This document shows, one piece after another, positions 18,866 through 27,970 of a DNA stretch of 64,000 nucleotides. The notes beneath the pieces are model-generated. The model was given only the letters and a program-made list of their open reading frames with translations. It made no database searches and was not told where the DNA came from. The first letter of the stretch is position 1. Every line of letters begins with the position of its first letter. Location of the stretch: NCBI GenBank assembly GCA_002778785.1, contig PEZS01000011.1, forward strand, positions 192,995 through 256,994, in the 5' to 3' direction. Origin of the DNA: Bdellovibrionales bacterium CG10_big_fil_rev_8_21_14_0_10_45_34 (GTDB taxonomy: Bacteria; Bdellovibrionota; Bdellovibrionia; Bdellovibrionales; 1-14-0-10-45-34). The position numbers were made by a program, and so were the translations under genes.

Positions 18866-19660
18866 CTAACTCCTAAGCTGTATCATGTTTGGAGAAGCAT
18901 CAACGCCGTCAAGGTTTGGAGAAAATCGGTGGTCCAAAACTTTGCTAATCAACCTCACAGCAAGGAAAACAACAACAGATGTCGCCAGCGGAATTGCAAG
19001 CGACGAATAGCCCCATCGCCCACTGAAATGAACGGATACGATCGAACCCATCGCGAAGAAAACAAAAGTTGCGATTCGAGAAAAGTTGGTTCGCTGAGTG
19101 ACACCTCGCTCTTTATTGTCTAGATTTCCAAACCATAGCCGAGCCAAATCTGTTCCGATGTCTGTGCTAATACCCGTGAGGTGAGTGGTTCGAATCTGCC
19201 CCTTCGTCATGACGGCAAAGCAACCATTCTGAGTTCCACAGATAAACGAGAGTAAGAAGAGAAGAAAAAAATCTCGTGCAAGCAAAAGCTCCTCGCCAAA
19301 GGCCCCAAACCAACCCAAAAAACCAAAAACGTAAAGGCAAAGAAGCAGCAATGGAATCGAAGCGGTCACAAAACCAAACCAAGGCTTCAAACCCCTCTCA
19401 ATGCGGGCCGCGGTAACAATAGCTCCGCAAAATGATCCAAGAATAAAAAAGATTGGAAACCCTAAAAGTTCAATTGCAAAGGTAATACTCCTTGTGCCAA
19501 GCGCAATGCCAATCTGGGTTCCAAAACCAGTCACATGAGAGACGTATCTTCCGCATGCCAGAAATCCGAAGGCGTTAATGTAGCCCGCTTGGAAGCCAAG
19601 CAAAGACCATAGCGCAATGTAAGGAGATTTAACGAACTCCTCTCTTTCAAGACGATACAT
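18866..19660 (-). CDS. YoaK/DUF1275-family membrane protein
   Basis: Polytopic protein. N-terminal GFQAGYINAFGFLACGRYVSHVTGF matches the DUF1275 signature. Confidence 0.6.
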   Translation of the reverse strand: MYRLEREEFVKSPYIALWSLLGFQAGYINAFGFLACGRYVSHVTGFGTQIGIALGTRSITFAIELLGFPIFFILGSFCGAIVTAARIERGLKPWFGFVTASIPLLLLCLYVFGFLGWFGAFGEELLLARDFFLLFLLSFICGTQNGCFAVMTKGQIRTTHLTGISTDIGTDLARLWFGNLDNKERGVTQRTNFSRIATFVFFAMGSIVSVHFSGRWGYSSLAIPLATSVVVFLAVRLISKVLDHRFSPNLDGVDASPNMIQLRS

Positions 19661-19669
19661 TTCTTCTCC

Positions 19670-20302
19670 TTAGTGGACTTCTAAAAATCTGACAGAACCT
19701 GTTGAGATATCCAGAATCGCGGGCTCAACCGAGAGTTTTCCTTCCGAAACTAACGAGCTGACAATCTTGCTCTGCTCCAAAATTAATTCTCGACTCCTGA
19801 GGATATTTGCCACGATAGCCGCGTCCATGAGGTTCGGTGCCGAGGCGCCCTTTTTATGGACCACAGAGTCAACCGCCGGTCGAATTCTAGAGATTAACTC
19901 TTCCAGATGCGCTGATGGAAGAGGCGTCTCAGGATGCCTGAACTGCTGAAGAGCTGCATTCACAGCACCGCACTGCGTATGCCCCAGGACGACTACTGTT
20001 GCAGAGCCGAAGTTTGCAGCAGCAAATTCGATGCTTGCAAGCAAACTGGGCGCAACAACGTTGCCCGCGACACGAACGACAAAGATATCCCCTAGACCTT
20101 GGTCAAAGATCATCTCAACTGGGCTCCTTGAGTCAGAGCAAGTCAGTACGATCGCAAAGGGGCGTTGCCCTTTCTGTGCAAGCTCAGACATTTTTGACTT
20201 CGATAAAAGGGTTTCGACGGATACCAAGCCCGTGGTAAAACGACGATTTCCTTCAACCAGCTTCTCTATTGCTTCTTTAGGTGTTGTGTTTTTCATGAAC
20301 AA
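19670..20302 (-). CDS. beta-class carbonic anhydrase
   Basis: Zinc ligand motifs CSDSR and GHTQCGA. Confidence 0.85.
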   Translation of the reverse strand: MFMKNTTPKEAIEKLVEGNRRFTTGLVSVETLLSKSKMSELAQKGQRPFAIVLTCSDSRSPVEMIFDQGLGDIFVVRVAGNVVAPSLLASIEFAAANFGSATVVVLGHTQCGAVNAALQQFRHPETPLPSAHLEELISRIRPAVDSVVHKKGASAPNLMDAAIVANILRSRELILEQSKIVSSLVSEGKLSVEPAILDISTGSVRFLEVH

Positions 20303-20370
20303 ATATTCGGTTAAAAAAAAATATTAATAAATTTCATAAAATAGTTCGTTTACTTTGATATAATCAAACC

Positions 20371-21306
20371 ATGAAAATTGTGATCGACGGAAAAGCGACC
20401 TGGATTAACTATCACCATTTATATTGCTTTCACACGATTGTGCTGCAAGGAGGTCTCACCAAGGCCTCAGAATTTCTGGGCATCGGGCAATCTGCGCTTT
20501 CAATACAGATGAAACAATTTGAAGCCCAACTCGGATTTTCTCTCTTCGAACGCAGCCACCGGAAAATGAAAGTCAATGAGCGTGGCCAGGTGGTTCTTTC
20601 ATATGCAAAAGAGATTTTTCGTCTTGGAGACGAAATGGTGCAAACACTGAACGATCGGCCCGCGTCCGATCGAGTTCACGTTCAAATCGGAGCACTGGAT
20701 ACGATCCCAAAACATCTCACGGTGGAATTAGTTAGCCAGGCCCTGAGCCGAAAGAGCTCTGTCACCGTCATGGAAGGAAAGCCACTCGAGCTACTTAACG
20801 ATCTGATGGATCATCGGATCGACCTCTTACTGACCAACGCCCTTCCACAAGTTCGTCCCGGACAAATATTTGCAAAGAGAATTGCTCGACTTCCCCTTTG
20901 GGTCGTTGGATCTAAGGCCTTTTTAAAACTAAAAGACAATTTTCCTGAGTCGATAAAATCGCAGCCCTTTATCTTACCCACGGCCGACAGCAACGTCAGG
21001 CATGAGTTTGAAAACTTCCGCCAGCTTCATCAACTCCCATTGGATTTCTTGGTAGAGACACAAGACATCATGGTTCAGAAGCTTCTCGCAATCAAAGGCC
21101 TTGGACTATCGATCATGCCAGAGTTTGCTGTGAAAGAGTTCCTCATTAAGAGAGAATTGTTTCTTATCGGAAAAATTCCGAGGGCATTTGAAGAAATATT
21201 TCTTATATCGGCCGCACGAAAAATCGAAAATCCCAGCGCGGCGGCAATTATGCGAACCTTCAAAATTCAGTCTCATTCGACTCAGACGAGAGATGCCCCT
21301 TCTTGA
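20371..21306 (+). CDS. LysR-family transcriptional regulator (NhaR-like N-terminus)
   Basis: HTH GGLTKASEFLGIGQSALSIQMKQFEAQLGFSLFER. Divergent from the carbonic anhydrase gene. Confidence 0.85.
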   Translation: MKIVIDGKATWINYHHLYCFHTIVLQGGLTKASEFLGIGQSALSIQMKQFEAQLGFSLFERSHRKMKVNERGQVVLSYAKEIFRLGDEMVQTLNDRPASDRVHVQIGALDTIPKHLTVELVSQALSRKSSVTVMEGKPLELLNDLMDHRIDLLLTNALPQVRPGQIFAKRIARLPLWVVGSKAFLKLKDNFPESIKSQPFILPTADSNVRHEFENFRQLHQLPLDFLVETQDIMVQKLLAIKGLGLSIMPEFAVKEFLIKRELFLIGKIPRAFEEIFLISAARKIENPSAAAIMRTFKIQSHSTQTRDAPS

Positions 21307-21383
21307 ATCAAACGAAGCATAGCAACAAAAGCCGAGGCGAAAGCACTTCCCGAATCGCTTCTGGCGTCAACGACATGGAGGGT

Positions 21384-22078
21384 CTAACTTATGCGAGAGA
21401 TCCTAAAAATTTTTCTATCTTTATTAAGACTTCCATAGAGAGCTAATCTTTCTGCAATTAATTTATGTGCATCCGCTGGCTGTAGTACAGGCTTCCCAGG
21501 TCGCGATTTTGTCAAATACGCAAAGGCATCAGCATAAGCCAAGAGATGTGCCTCATGCGGAATCCGGTTAGCTAAAAGTTGCGCGGGAAACCCGCTTCCA
21601 TTAGATCTTTCGTGGTGCTTTTCAATAATGTCAGCAATAGTCTGGGTTACTGTAACTCTCTTTTCTTTCAATAAGTTTAAAGAGCGACGAGGATGTTGTT
21701 TGTACTGCTCCTGCTCGTCGGCGCTCAGTATGTCGAGATCAAAAATAGATATGTCATCACGGCTACCGTAAACCCCGATGTCGTGAAAAAGACCTGCAAT
21801 AGCAAGATCCTCTGGCTGTCCGATTTCCGTTGCCATGCTAAGGAGACACGCAATTGTTGAAACAACTTGAGCGTGGGAGTACGAGTCTCCGACCTCGCCA
21901 GTGATTTCTTTAAGTTTATGGCCTTTGACAACTCTTTCGATCTCAATGAACCTAGCATCGGCTTGATAATATCCATATAAGCTTTATCAAACCCTACCAA
22001 TCGAACGTCAAAGGTCGAGATATCGCTCATCGTCTGCAACTTTAAGCCGCGCGCTGCTTTTGAGGATCGTATGTACAA
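21384..22078 (-). pseudogene. HD-GYP domain protein, apparently frameshifted
   Basis: HD-GYP motifs (SHAQVV, GLFHDIG, HHERSNGSGFP) read in one frame. That frame has no ATG/GTG/TTG between the stop at 21984-21986 and 21836. The N-terminal part (22078 downward) is in another frame. The shift lies between about 21955 and 21984. Confidence 0.6.
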
Positions 22079-22106
22079 ACATAAAGCTACGACATAGTCT
22101 AAACTG

Positions 22107-22646
22107 ATGAAGAATCATTTTTGGGCTACGTTCATTGTTGCACTTGCAGTGGTCATCGTGGTTCACGGTTTTAATTTTAAAGGGAGTGTTCCACACTTCC
22201 TAGAGAACACGGGCAACCAAGTTTTGTTAGATATAAAGCCCTCGTTTAACCTTGATGATACCTATAAGCGTTTGGAAGATTTTGGTGTCGAGGGCCGTGA
22301 CCTTTATAAGTATCGCATTCTTACTGTCGATGTTATTTTACCATTGAGTGTATTTTGGTTTCTAATAATTTTTATGTCTAAGGCGATTGAAAAGATCACG
22401 CTTCGAAGGCAACTCAGATGGACGCTGCTTGCCCTGCCCTTCGGCTTCTTGATATTTGATTTTGCTGAAAATATCGCGCTTTACGTAATGATCTCTCACT
22501 ATCCCGAAAGAATGCCTTTACTAGCAACTATCCTACCCTACTTTACTGTTGTTAAACGCGCGTCCTCACTTGTGGCAATCTTCTTACCTTTAGTGTTAAT
22601 CATTTATTTTAGGTTTATACAAAGAGGTCGCGGTGAATTGATTTGA
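22107..22646 (+). CDS. hypothetical polytopic membrane protein
   Basis: 179 aa with 4-5 hydrophobic helices. No family recognised. Confidence 0.45.
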   Translation: MKNHFWATFIVALAVVIVVHGFNFKGSVPHFLENTGNQVLLDIKPSFNLDDTYKRLEDFGVEGRDLYKYRILTVDVILPLSVFWFLIIFMSKAIEKITLRRQLRWTLLALPFGFLIFDFAENIALYVMISHYPERMPLLATILPYFTVVKRASSLVAIFLPLVLIIYFRFIQRGRGELI

Positions 22647-22757
22647 TATTGGTTGAGAGAAGTCGCCGAATGCATGGTCTGGGCTTCATGAATTTAAGCA
22701 TTTAGTCTATGGGCATGGTGTGAACAATGATCAACCAGCTCTTTTTAGAGTGACAGT

Positions 22758-23378
22758 TTAGTCAGTCTGAATTTGGAAGTTGCGGTATGAGTTTCTGATT
22801 TCACCCCGCGCCTTGGGCTCTCCCCACAATGGAATCCATTTAGATAAATAATGAGACTTAACTTTCTTTCTAAAGTACAATTCATGATCCCACTCAATCT
22901 CAGCGAAATGTAAAAGCTCATCAATGATACTTAGCTCTCCAGAAAAAAAAGCTAATCGAGCCGCAACTTCATACTCACCTATGTTTGCCCTCTCAAGCCG
23001 CCCAGCGCCGTACATTGGTATAAGCCAAGTTCCAAAAAAACTAAGTACCGCAACGAATGCTCCAACCAACCACATCTGAATTTCACGTGTCATTCTTGGT
23101 TTTGAGTTTAGTTGATGCAAAAACTCTCTTAACCTATCTCGGTGATGCAATTCATCTTTATATATTTTTAAAATTTCGAGCATTTCACTTTCGTCTCTCA
23201 CGAAAAGGGAGTGCGCATGGCCAAAAAATGCATTTGCGGCGGCTTTTTCGCCAGCATGGGCGTCCTGTAGAAGCTTTATCAACGCCGCTTTTGCATCCGA
23301 ACCTTTTCCGAATTTATGAAAACTGAACTTATCCACTTCCACTTTTGCGAAGCTATCAGTGTAAAACGAGTCGATCAA
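22758..23378 (-). CDS. ferritin-like di-iron carboxylate protein with a central TM segment
   Basis: E...ExxH duplicated: GEKAA, DELHH, GEYEVA and EIEWDH. Hydrophobic segment WLVGAFVAVLSFFGTWLIPMY. Confidence 0.5.
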   Translation of the reverse strand: MIDSFYTDSFAKVEVDKFSFHKFGKGSDAKAALIKLLQDAHAGEKAAANAFFGHAHSLFVRDESEMLEILKIYKDELHHRDRLREFLHQLNSKPRMTREIQMWLVGAFVAVLSFFGTWLIPMYGAGRLERANIGEYEVAARLAFFSGELSIIDELLHFAEIEWDHELYFRKKVKSHYLSKWIPLWGEPKARGEIRNSYRNFQIQTD

Positions 23379-23519
23379 CGTCTATTCGCTTTGTCAGACT
23401 CTCTTACCGCTCACCTGCTTGAGCCGCATCTATTAACGGGCCCCAAAGGTCCGGGTTGGTAAATTCATGACATGTATACTTCGAAAGTCGAAATCGCTAT
23501 AATCTTTCTTGAGGGGCCA

Positions 23520-23797
23520 ATGTCTGTTGAAACTGAATCGCAATTTGAAGGAATGAAGGCAATTGGTGCAATTGTCGCATAGACAAGAGGCTATTTAAGA
23601 AGAATAGCGTTGTTGCTATTGAACCAATAATCTCGACCGGCGCTGATATCCTTATAGATAAGGGGGACGGCTGGACCCTTCATCATCCCGGTTTCTTCAC
23701 TGCTCAGTTTGAACATACCGTGATGGTAACCAATCATCAGCCTTATATATTTACTAGGCCAACGCACTATCAAAGTGGCAAAGCATATTGGCGCTAG
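23520..23797 (+). pseudogene. map: methionine aminopeptidase (type I) remnant with an internal deletion
   Basis: ATG at 23520 encodes MSVETESQFEGMKAIGAIVA then TAG. From 23609, in another frame: VVAIEPIISTGADILIDKGDGWTLHHPGFFTAQFEHTVMVTNHQPYIFT. This matches the MAP C-terminus (IEP...DGWT...AQFEHTV.VT). The central catalytic core is absent. Confidence 0.7.
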
Positions 23798-23843
23798 CCA
23801 GGCCTTTGTTTGGTCGAAGCTCCAAAAATGAAAGGCCTGCTGC

Positions 23844-24071
23844 CTAAGCGCGTTTGCGCTTAGGCTTTTTATGATCAATCCAATCTGCTAATATGTCGCG
23901 AATAAGGACCTGATACTTCCCTCCATGCTGCTCGGTCAGGCTAAGTCTTTTGAGATCCTTGACCATATTCAGAGGCAGCATCATCGAAACGCGAATAAGT
24001 GCATTAGCGTCATCGAATGATTCATCCGACAATTCAACTTTACCGTACTTAATCTTCTTCATGATATTCAA
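23844..24071 (-). CDS. CopG/RHH BrnA-like antitoxin-family protein
   Basis: C-terminal IRVSMMLPLNMVKDLKRLSLTEQHGGKYQVLIRDILADWI follows the ribbon-helix-helix pattern of BrnA/CopG antitoxins. It overlaps the upstream gene by 23 nt. Confidence 0.55.
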   Translation of the reverse strand: MNIMKKIKYGKVELSDESFDDANALIRVSMMLPLNMVKDLKRLSLTEQHGGKYQVLIRDILADWIDHKKPKRKRA

Positions 24072-24306
24072 CCCACTTTTCTAAAAGTTCTTCTTTGTGT
24101 TCCGCAATGTAGGTCACAATTTTTCCGACCGTAGTTTTCGAGAAATCCGTGCTGTCGTCCATTATTTCCAAAGTCAGTAGATTCACTCTCACCGTCGCTC
24201 CGCCACCTTCGACGTGAACGTGAGGGGGATTATGATCCCTCTTATTCACTTTGGATTTTAACTGCCCAACCCTCAATACTGTAACTACCAATATAGTATA
24301 TATCAT
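24049..24306 (-). CDS. DUF4160-family protein
   Basis: TVLRVGQ...DHNPPHVHVEGGG is the DUF4160 signature (xHxPPHxHV). The start is uncertain: the track ORF begins at 24402, the internal ATG at 24306 is used here, and a TTG slightly downstream is possible. Confidence 0.6.
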   Translation of the reverse strand: MIYTILVVTVLRVGQLKSKVNKRDHNPPHVHVEGGGATVRVNLLTLEIMDDSTDFSKTTVGKIVTYIAEHKEELLEKWVEYHEED

Positions 24307-24474
24307 ATATATGCGGTTCACAAGATTGAATTGTGCATTGAGCAGTTCGTGTACTATCAAACCCGATGCTGACCTAAGATACTGAAAAGATTCTGTTTTC
24401 AAACCTGGCGGTTGGTCGGCAGTTGTGTGATTTCATGGGGTTAAGTCAGATCCCAGGCAAAAACCAGGGAGTTG

Positions 24475-25371
24475 CTACGGCAAAACCTCTCGCTTAAATC
24501 TTTCTTCGAGGTACTGTTCGTCACAGGATTCATGCCACAGTCCGTTCGTTTGACCTTTATCTTTAGCAATTTCACCAATTCGTCCTGGATTAAAAGGGAA
24601 GAACGCTTGTGTTTCATAGTTGGCGATTTCATCAGTATACGCATTTTCTGTAGAAATTATCTGCCATCCGTTTTTGCGTAAAGCCTCAATGAGGTCGCCT
24701 ATAAACAATGCTGAAATGTCCATTTCATGAAGTAGTAATACGTGCTTGGGTGAGCGTCCAAGATGCTCAACAGCCATTTTATCATAGTATTCAACGCTTT
24801 CGACTAAGACGTTTACGTAAAAATCTCTCATTTTATCAAAATTGAAATTGGGACTTTTGACTGCACGTTGAAATATGGTTTCGATATACCAGTCATAATT
24901 ATTGAGCGTAATGTAAGCATTTCGATAGCTCATGTCGCGGAGAGCACTTCTCATACCATCGCGCTTTTCTTTGGTGTTGCCTTCTCTCAAGTATGGAAAT
25001 CGAAACCACTTTTTGAATGTGCTGAACTCCTTCAACACATTATGGGCTTTTTCAAAGTTGTCTTTATATTCCGACGGAGCAGTTTCGTTGAAGTTAGGAT
25101 GAGTCGCGGTGTGATTGGCAATAGTGTGCCCAGCATCCGCATATTTTTGAAGTCTTTCTCTGCCTTCCTTATCGATTTGCCCAGATACAGAGAAAAATAC
25201 CACATCGCCAGCATTATGTTTTTTCAAATTTTTGATAAGTTTTTTTGCTCTTGTTCGACCGTCAAAATGACCTTTCGCATGCCTAGGAGAGTCGTCGAAA
25301 GTAATGGCCAATTTTTTTGCAAAAGCGGAATGACTAATTAGCAATATAACAATCAAGATCGAACGAAACAC
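24475..25371 (-). CDS. exported polysaccharide or peptidoglycan deacetylase (NodB homology domain)
   Basis: Signal peptide, TFDDSP motif and HTIANHTATHP His-His motif. Confidence 0.85.
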   Translation of the reverse strand: MFRSILIVILLISHSAFAKKLAITFDDSPRHAKGHFDGRTRAKKLIKNLKKHNAGDVVFFSVSGQIDKEGRERLQKYADAGHTIANHTATHPNFNETAPSEYKDNFEKAHNVLKEFSTFKKWFRFPYLREGNTKEKRDGMRSALRDMSYRNAYITLNNYDWYIETIFQRAVKSPNFNFDKMRDFYVNVLVESVEYYDKMAVEHLGRSPKHVLLLHEMDISALFIGDLIEALRKNGWQIISTENAYTDEIANYETQAFFPFNPGRIGEIAKDKGQTNGLWHESCDEQYLEERFKREVLP

Positions 25372-25427
25372 TGGGCCCCCAGAGCATTTTCAAAAACCAA
25401 TTAGAAGATAGAAGTTAAGCCGAAAAT

Positions 25428-25517
25428 TGGCGGAGAGGGCGAGATTCGAACTCGCGAGACCCTTACGAGCCTACTTGCGTTCCAGGCAAGCGGATTCAAC
25501 CACTCTCCCACCTCTCC
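25428..25517 (-). tRNA. tRNA-Ser (anticodon GGA), CCA encoded
   Basis: Acceptor stem GGAGAGG/CCTCTCC. Anticodon arm CTTGC-CTGGAAC-GCAAG. Long variable arm. T arm GCGAG-TTCGAAT-CTCGC. Confidence 0.9.
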
Positions 25518-25727
25518 AAAAAGGCCTTCCTAACACAAACTGAAATGACCAAACTAACCGGATATCATTCAGTCAGCCGAGTCGCAAGCCTCGAGAGCCG
25601 TAAACCACAAATTTGTACTTCGATGCACAAGGCCAAATGAAATCTTAACCAAAACCCAATTTACTTCGAGGTGATAAGTCCGTTTTAATTGTATCTGAGA
25701 GAAGAAAGCATTTTTGGGGGGTTAGAA

Positions 25728-26213
25728 ATGTATTTTATCTCAGTTCGGGCATCTTTGTATTTACTGTCGGCATTCATGATTTTCGTCAGTGCCATCGGGC
25801 ATGCGCACGTTGTTCCCAGGCGCCCAGATCCAAGTCTAACAACCGGTAGTCTATGTGATGAGGCCAATCCTGATTACATCGGACGCCACTACCCTGGCCG
25901 TGTCGCCAAATGCAATCGCAATGTGACTTATGAGCTAAAGACTCAAATATACAATGCGTACAACATACCCCAGAAATGCCGGCGCAGTTACACGATCGAT
26001 CATCTGATTCCACTTTCAATAGGTGGCACCAATCATATCGACAATCTTTGGCCCGAACATGTTGATATTAAAAAAACCAGATTCGAACTTGAGTTTGAAG
26101 TTTATAAAGAGTTAAGGGACGGACAAATCAACCAACGAAGTGCCGTTTTCGAAATTCTAGACGCAAAAAAGAACCCAGATTTATCTGGCGTCCAATTTAA
26201 GCCCTGTGAATAA
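25728..26213 (+). CDS. exported HNH-family nuclease
   Basis: Signal peptide (LYLLSAFMIFVSAIGHA). HNH core YTIDHLIPLSIGGTNHIDNLWPE. ATG at 25728 is preferred over the track start at 25689. Confidence 0.65.
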   Translation: MYFISVRASLYLLSAFMIFVSAIGHAHVVPRRPDPSLTTGSLCDEANPDYIGRHYPGRVAKCNRNVTYELKTQIYNAYNIPQKCRRSYTIDHLIPLSIGGTNHIDNLWPEHVDIKKTRFELEFEVYKELRDGQINQRSAVFEILDAKKNPDLSGVQFKPCE

Positions 26214-26230
26214 TCAGGTTTATTAGCTTT

Positions 26231-27208
26231 TCAATGCTCTGAAGGACTTGCCAGAGCTCTTCTGAGCTCCTGAAATTCACTCATTGTGCGATTGATAAGC
26301 TCTTCGATGTTCGGTAGGTCCTTAATGGCGCCCACTCCATGACCTGCCGAAAAAAACTTACTGTAAGAACCCTTCTCCCCAGTCCCAAACAGCGCTTTGG
26401 CCGCCCGATAAAGGGCCAATCCGCGCGCAAACCTGTCACTCTGTTTTAGCACAGTCTCCACTGCTCCGGACTCCACTCCAAACTTCTTAAGTTCTGGCGT
26501 TAAGATAAAATTACCAGCAAAACCGTCCACTCGATCGGTACTAACTATATCTTCTGGTTTACCACTTAAAATTGCCTGCTTATAATCTTGCGTAGCAGGC
26601 GATTCTTTGGTGGCGATCATCCTTGTTCCCATATACACGGCATCTGCGCCCAGAACCATAGCGGCCAACATCGTTCGACCATCTACAATACTACCAGCAG
26701 CAATGAGCGGTAAGCCCACTTCTTTCTTTAAGTAAGGAATCAACGCAAACGGAGATATCGTTCCGGCGTGCCCACCCGCTCCGCCTGCAACAGCAATAAG
26801 GCCATCTGCACCTAGGTCGGCTACTTTCTTCGCATGATCCTTGCCTATGACGTCGCAAAACACTTTCGTATTTGTACCTTTCACCCTTGATAAAACATTC
26901 TTAGGGCTTCCAAGAGAGGTAATAATCAAATCAATTTCATATTTTAGGGCGAGTTCAATGTGAGCATCTTGATGACGATTGCTTTTCTGAACGATGATGT
27001 TCATGCCAATCGGCTTTCGAGTGCGCGATCGCATTCTTTTGATGGCTGCTTCTAGATTTTCTGTCGGACGGTAGTTCAACGCCGGGAAAGTGCCAATTCC
27101 GCCAGCTTCAGAAGTGGCCACAACCATTTCTTCGTTTGAAACTAAAAACATAGGCGCGGCCACAATTGGGTATTTTACAGCAAACAGTTCAGTGATTTGG
27201 GTCTTCAT
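26231..27208 (-). CDS. nitronate monooxygenase / FabK-like FMN oxidoreductase
   Basis: YPIVAAPMFLVS N-terminal motif and GADGLIAVAGGAGGHAG. Confidence 0.8.
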   Translation of the reverse strand: MKTQITELFAVKYPIVAAPMFLVSNEEMVVATSEAGGIGTFPALNYRPTENLEAAIKRMRSRTRKPIGMNIIVQKSNRHQDAHIELALKYEIDLIITSLGSPKNVLSRVKGTNTKVFCDVIGKDHAKKVADLGADGLIAVAGGAGGHAGTISPFALIPYLKKEVGLPLIAAGSIVDGRTMLAAMVLGADAVYMGTRMIATKESPATQDYKQAILSGKPEDIVSTDRVDGFAGNFILTPELKKFGVESGAVETVLKQSDRFARGLALYRAAKALFGTGEKGSYSKFFSAGHGVGAIKDLPNIEELINRTMSEFQELRRALASPSEH

Positions 27209-27399
27209 ATATATAACTAGGCTAACTCAAAAGAAAAAGAGCTCCTATGAAAATCTCCTTTACTGCAAACCACTCTCAAAAGTAAAAAATGAAGCTTCCT
27301 CGACCAGTATAAAGGGCAGACAGATAACTTGACCCCTTCTTGCTCACGGACGAGCATCAATAGAGAAAAGATTTCGTTTAAGTTTTATTGAGGCAAATC

Positions 27400-27900
27400 A
27401 TGAAACTTCCGTTTCCTTTAAACCCAGATTTTGAACAAATCAAACAAACGCTAAGACTGAATGCCTTCTCTATTTGGAAGATTCCGCTGATCTTTATCAC
27501 CCAACCAAGAGTAATTGAACTGAGCGAGTCCGCTTGCAAACTAAAAATGCCTCTTAACTATTGGACAAAAAATCACTTAGGAAGCATGTACTTTGGAGCA
27601 CTTTCGATTGGGGCCGACTGTGCCGCTGGGCTGTTCGCTCTTCATATTGCTGAAAAAAGGAAGATTAAAATTTCTTTCGTATTCGCAAGCTTCATGGCCA
27701 CATTTCATAAAAGGCCCGAAGGACCCGTCGTTTTTGTATGCGAAGACTCAATTGCTATTAATAGGCTTTTCGATAAAGCAGTGCAAACCAAAGAGCGGCA
27801 AACTGAGCTCATCGAAATCAGGGCCTATTTGGAAGGCCAAGAGAATAAAGAACCAGTTGCTTCATTTAGTTTAGGATTATCAATCAAGGTTAAAAATTAA
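27400..27900 (+). CDS. hotdog-fold DUF4442-like (PaaI/thioesterase-like) protein
   Basis: KNHLGSMYFGALSIGADCAAGL motif and typical length. ATG at 27400 is preferred. Confidence 0.5.
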   Translation: MKLPFPLNPDFEQIKQTLRLNAFSIWKIPLIFITQPRVIELSESACKLKMPLNYWTKNHLGSMYFGALSIGADCAAGLFALHIAEKRKIKISFVFASFMATFHKRPEGPVVFVCEDSIAINRLFDKAVQTKERQTELIEIRAYLEGQENKEPVASFSLGLSIKVKN

Positions 27901-27970
27901 GGTTTCACCTAAAAACATTAAATCGACCGATCTAACTGGCGATCGCTTTGCATTTTTTCAAATACAGCGC

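Noticed and set aside
23591-23878. 95-aa minus-strand ORF from the track.
   Set aside because: It lies antisense to the clearly recognisable methionine aminopeptidase C-terminal remnant and has no motif or RBS. It is most likely a shadow ORF.
21307-25427. Genomic island at tRNA-Ser(GGA), suggested by pseudogenes and a TA-like pair lying next to the tRNA 3' end.
   Set aside because: No integrase gene is present, and no partial tRNA duplicate was found by eye. It is therefore described only as a decaying accessory patch.
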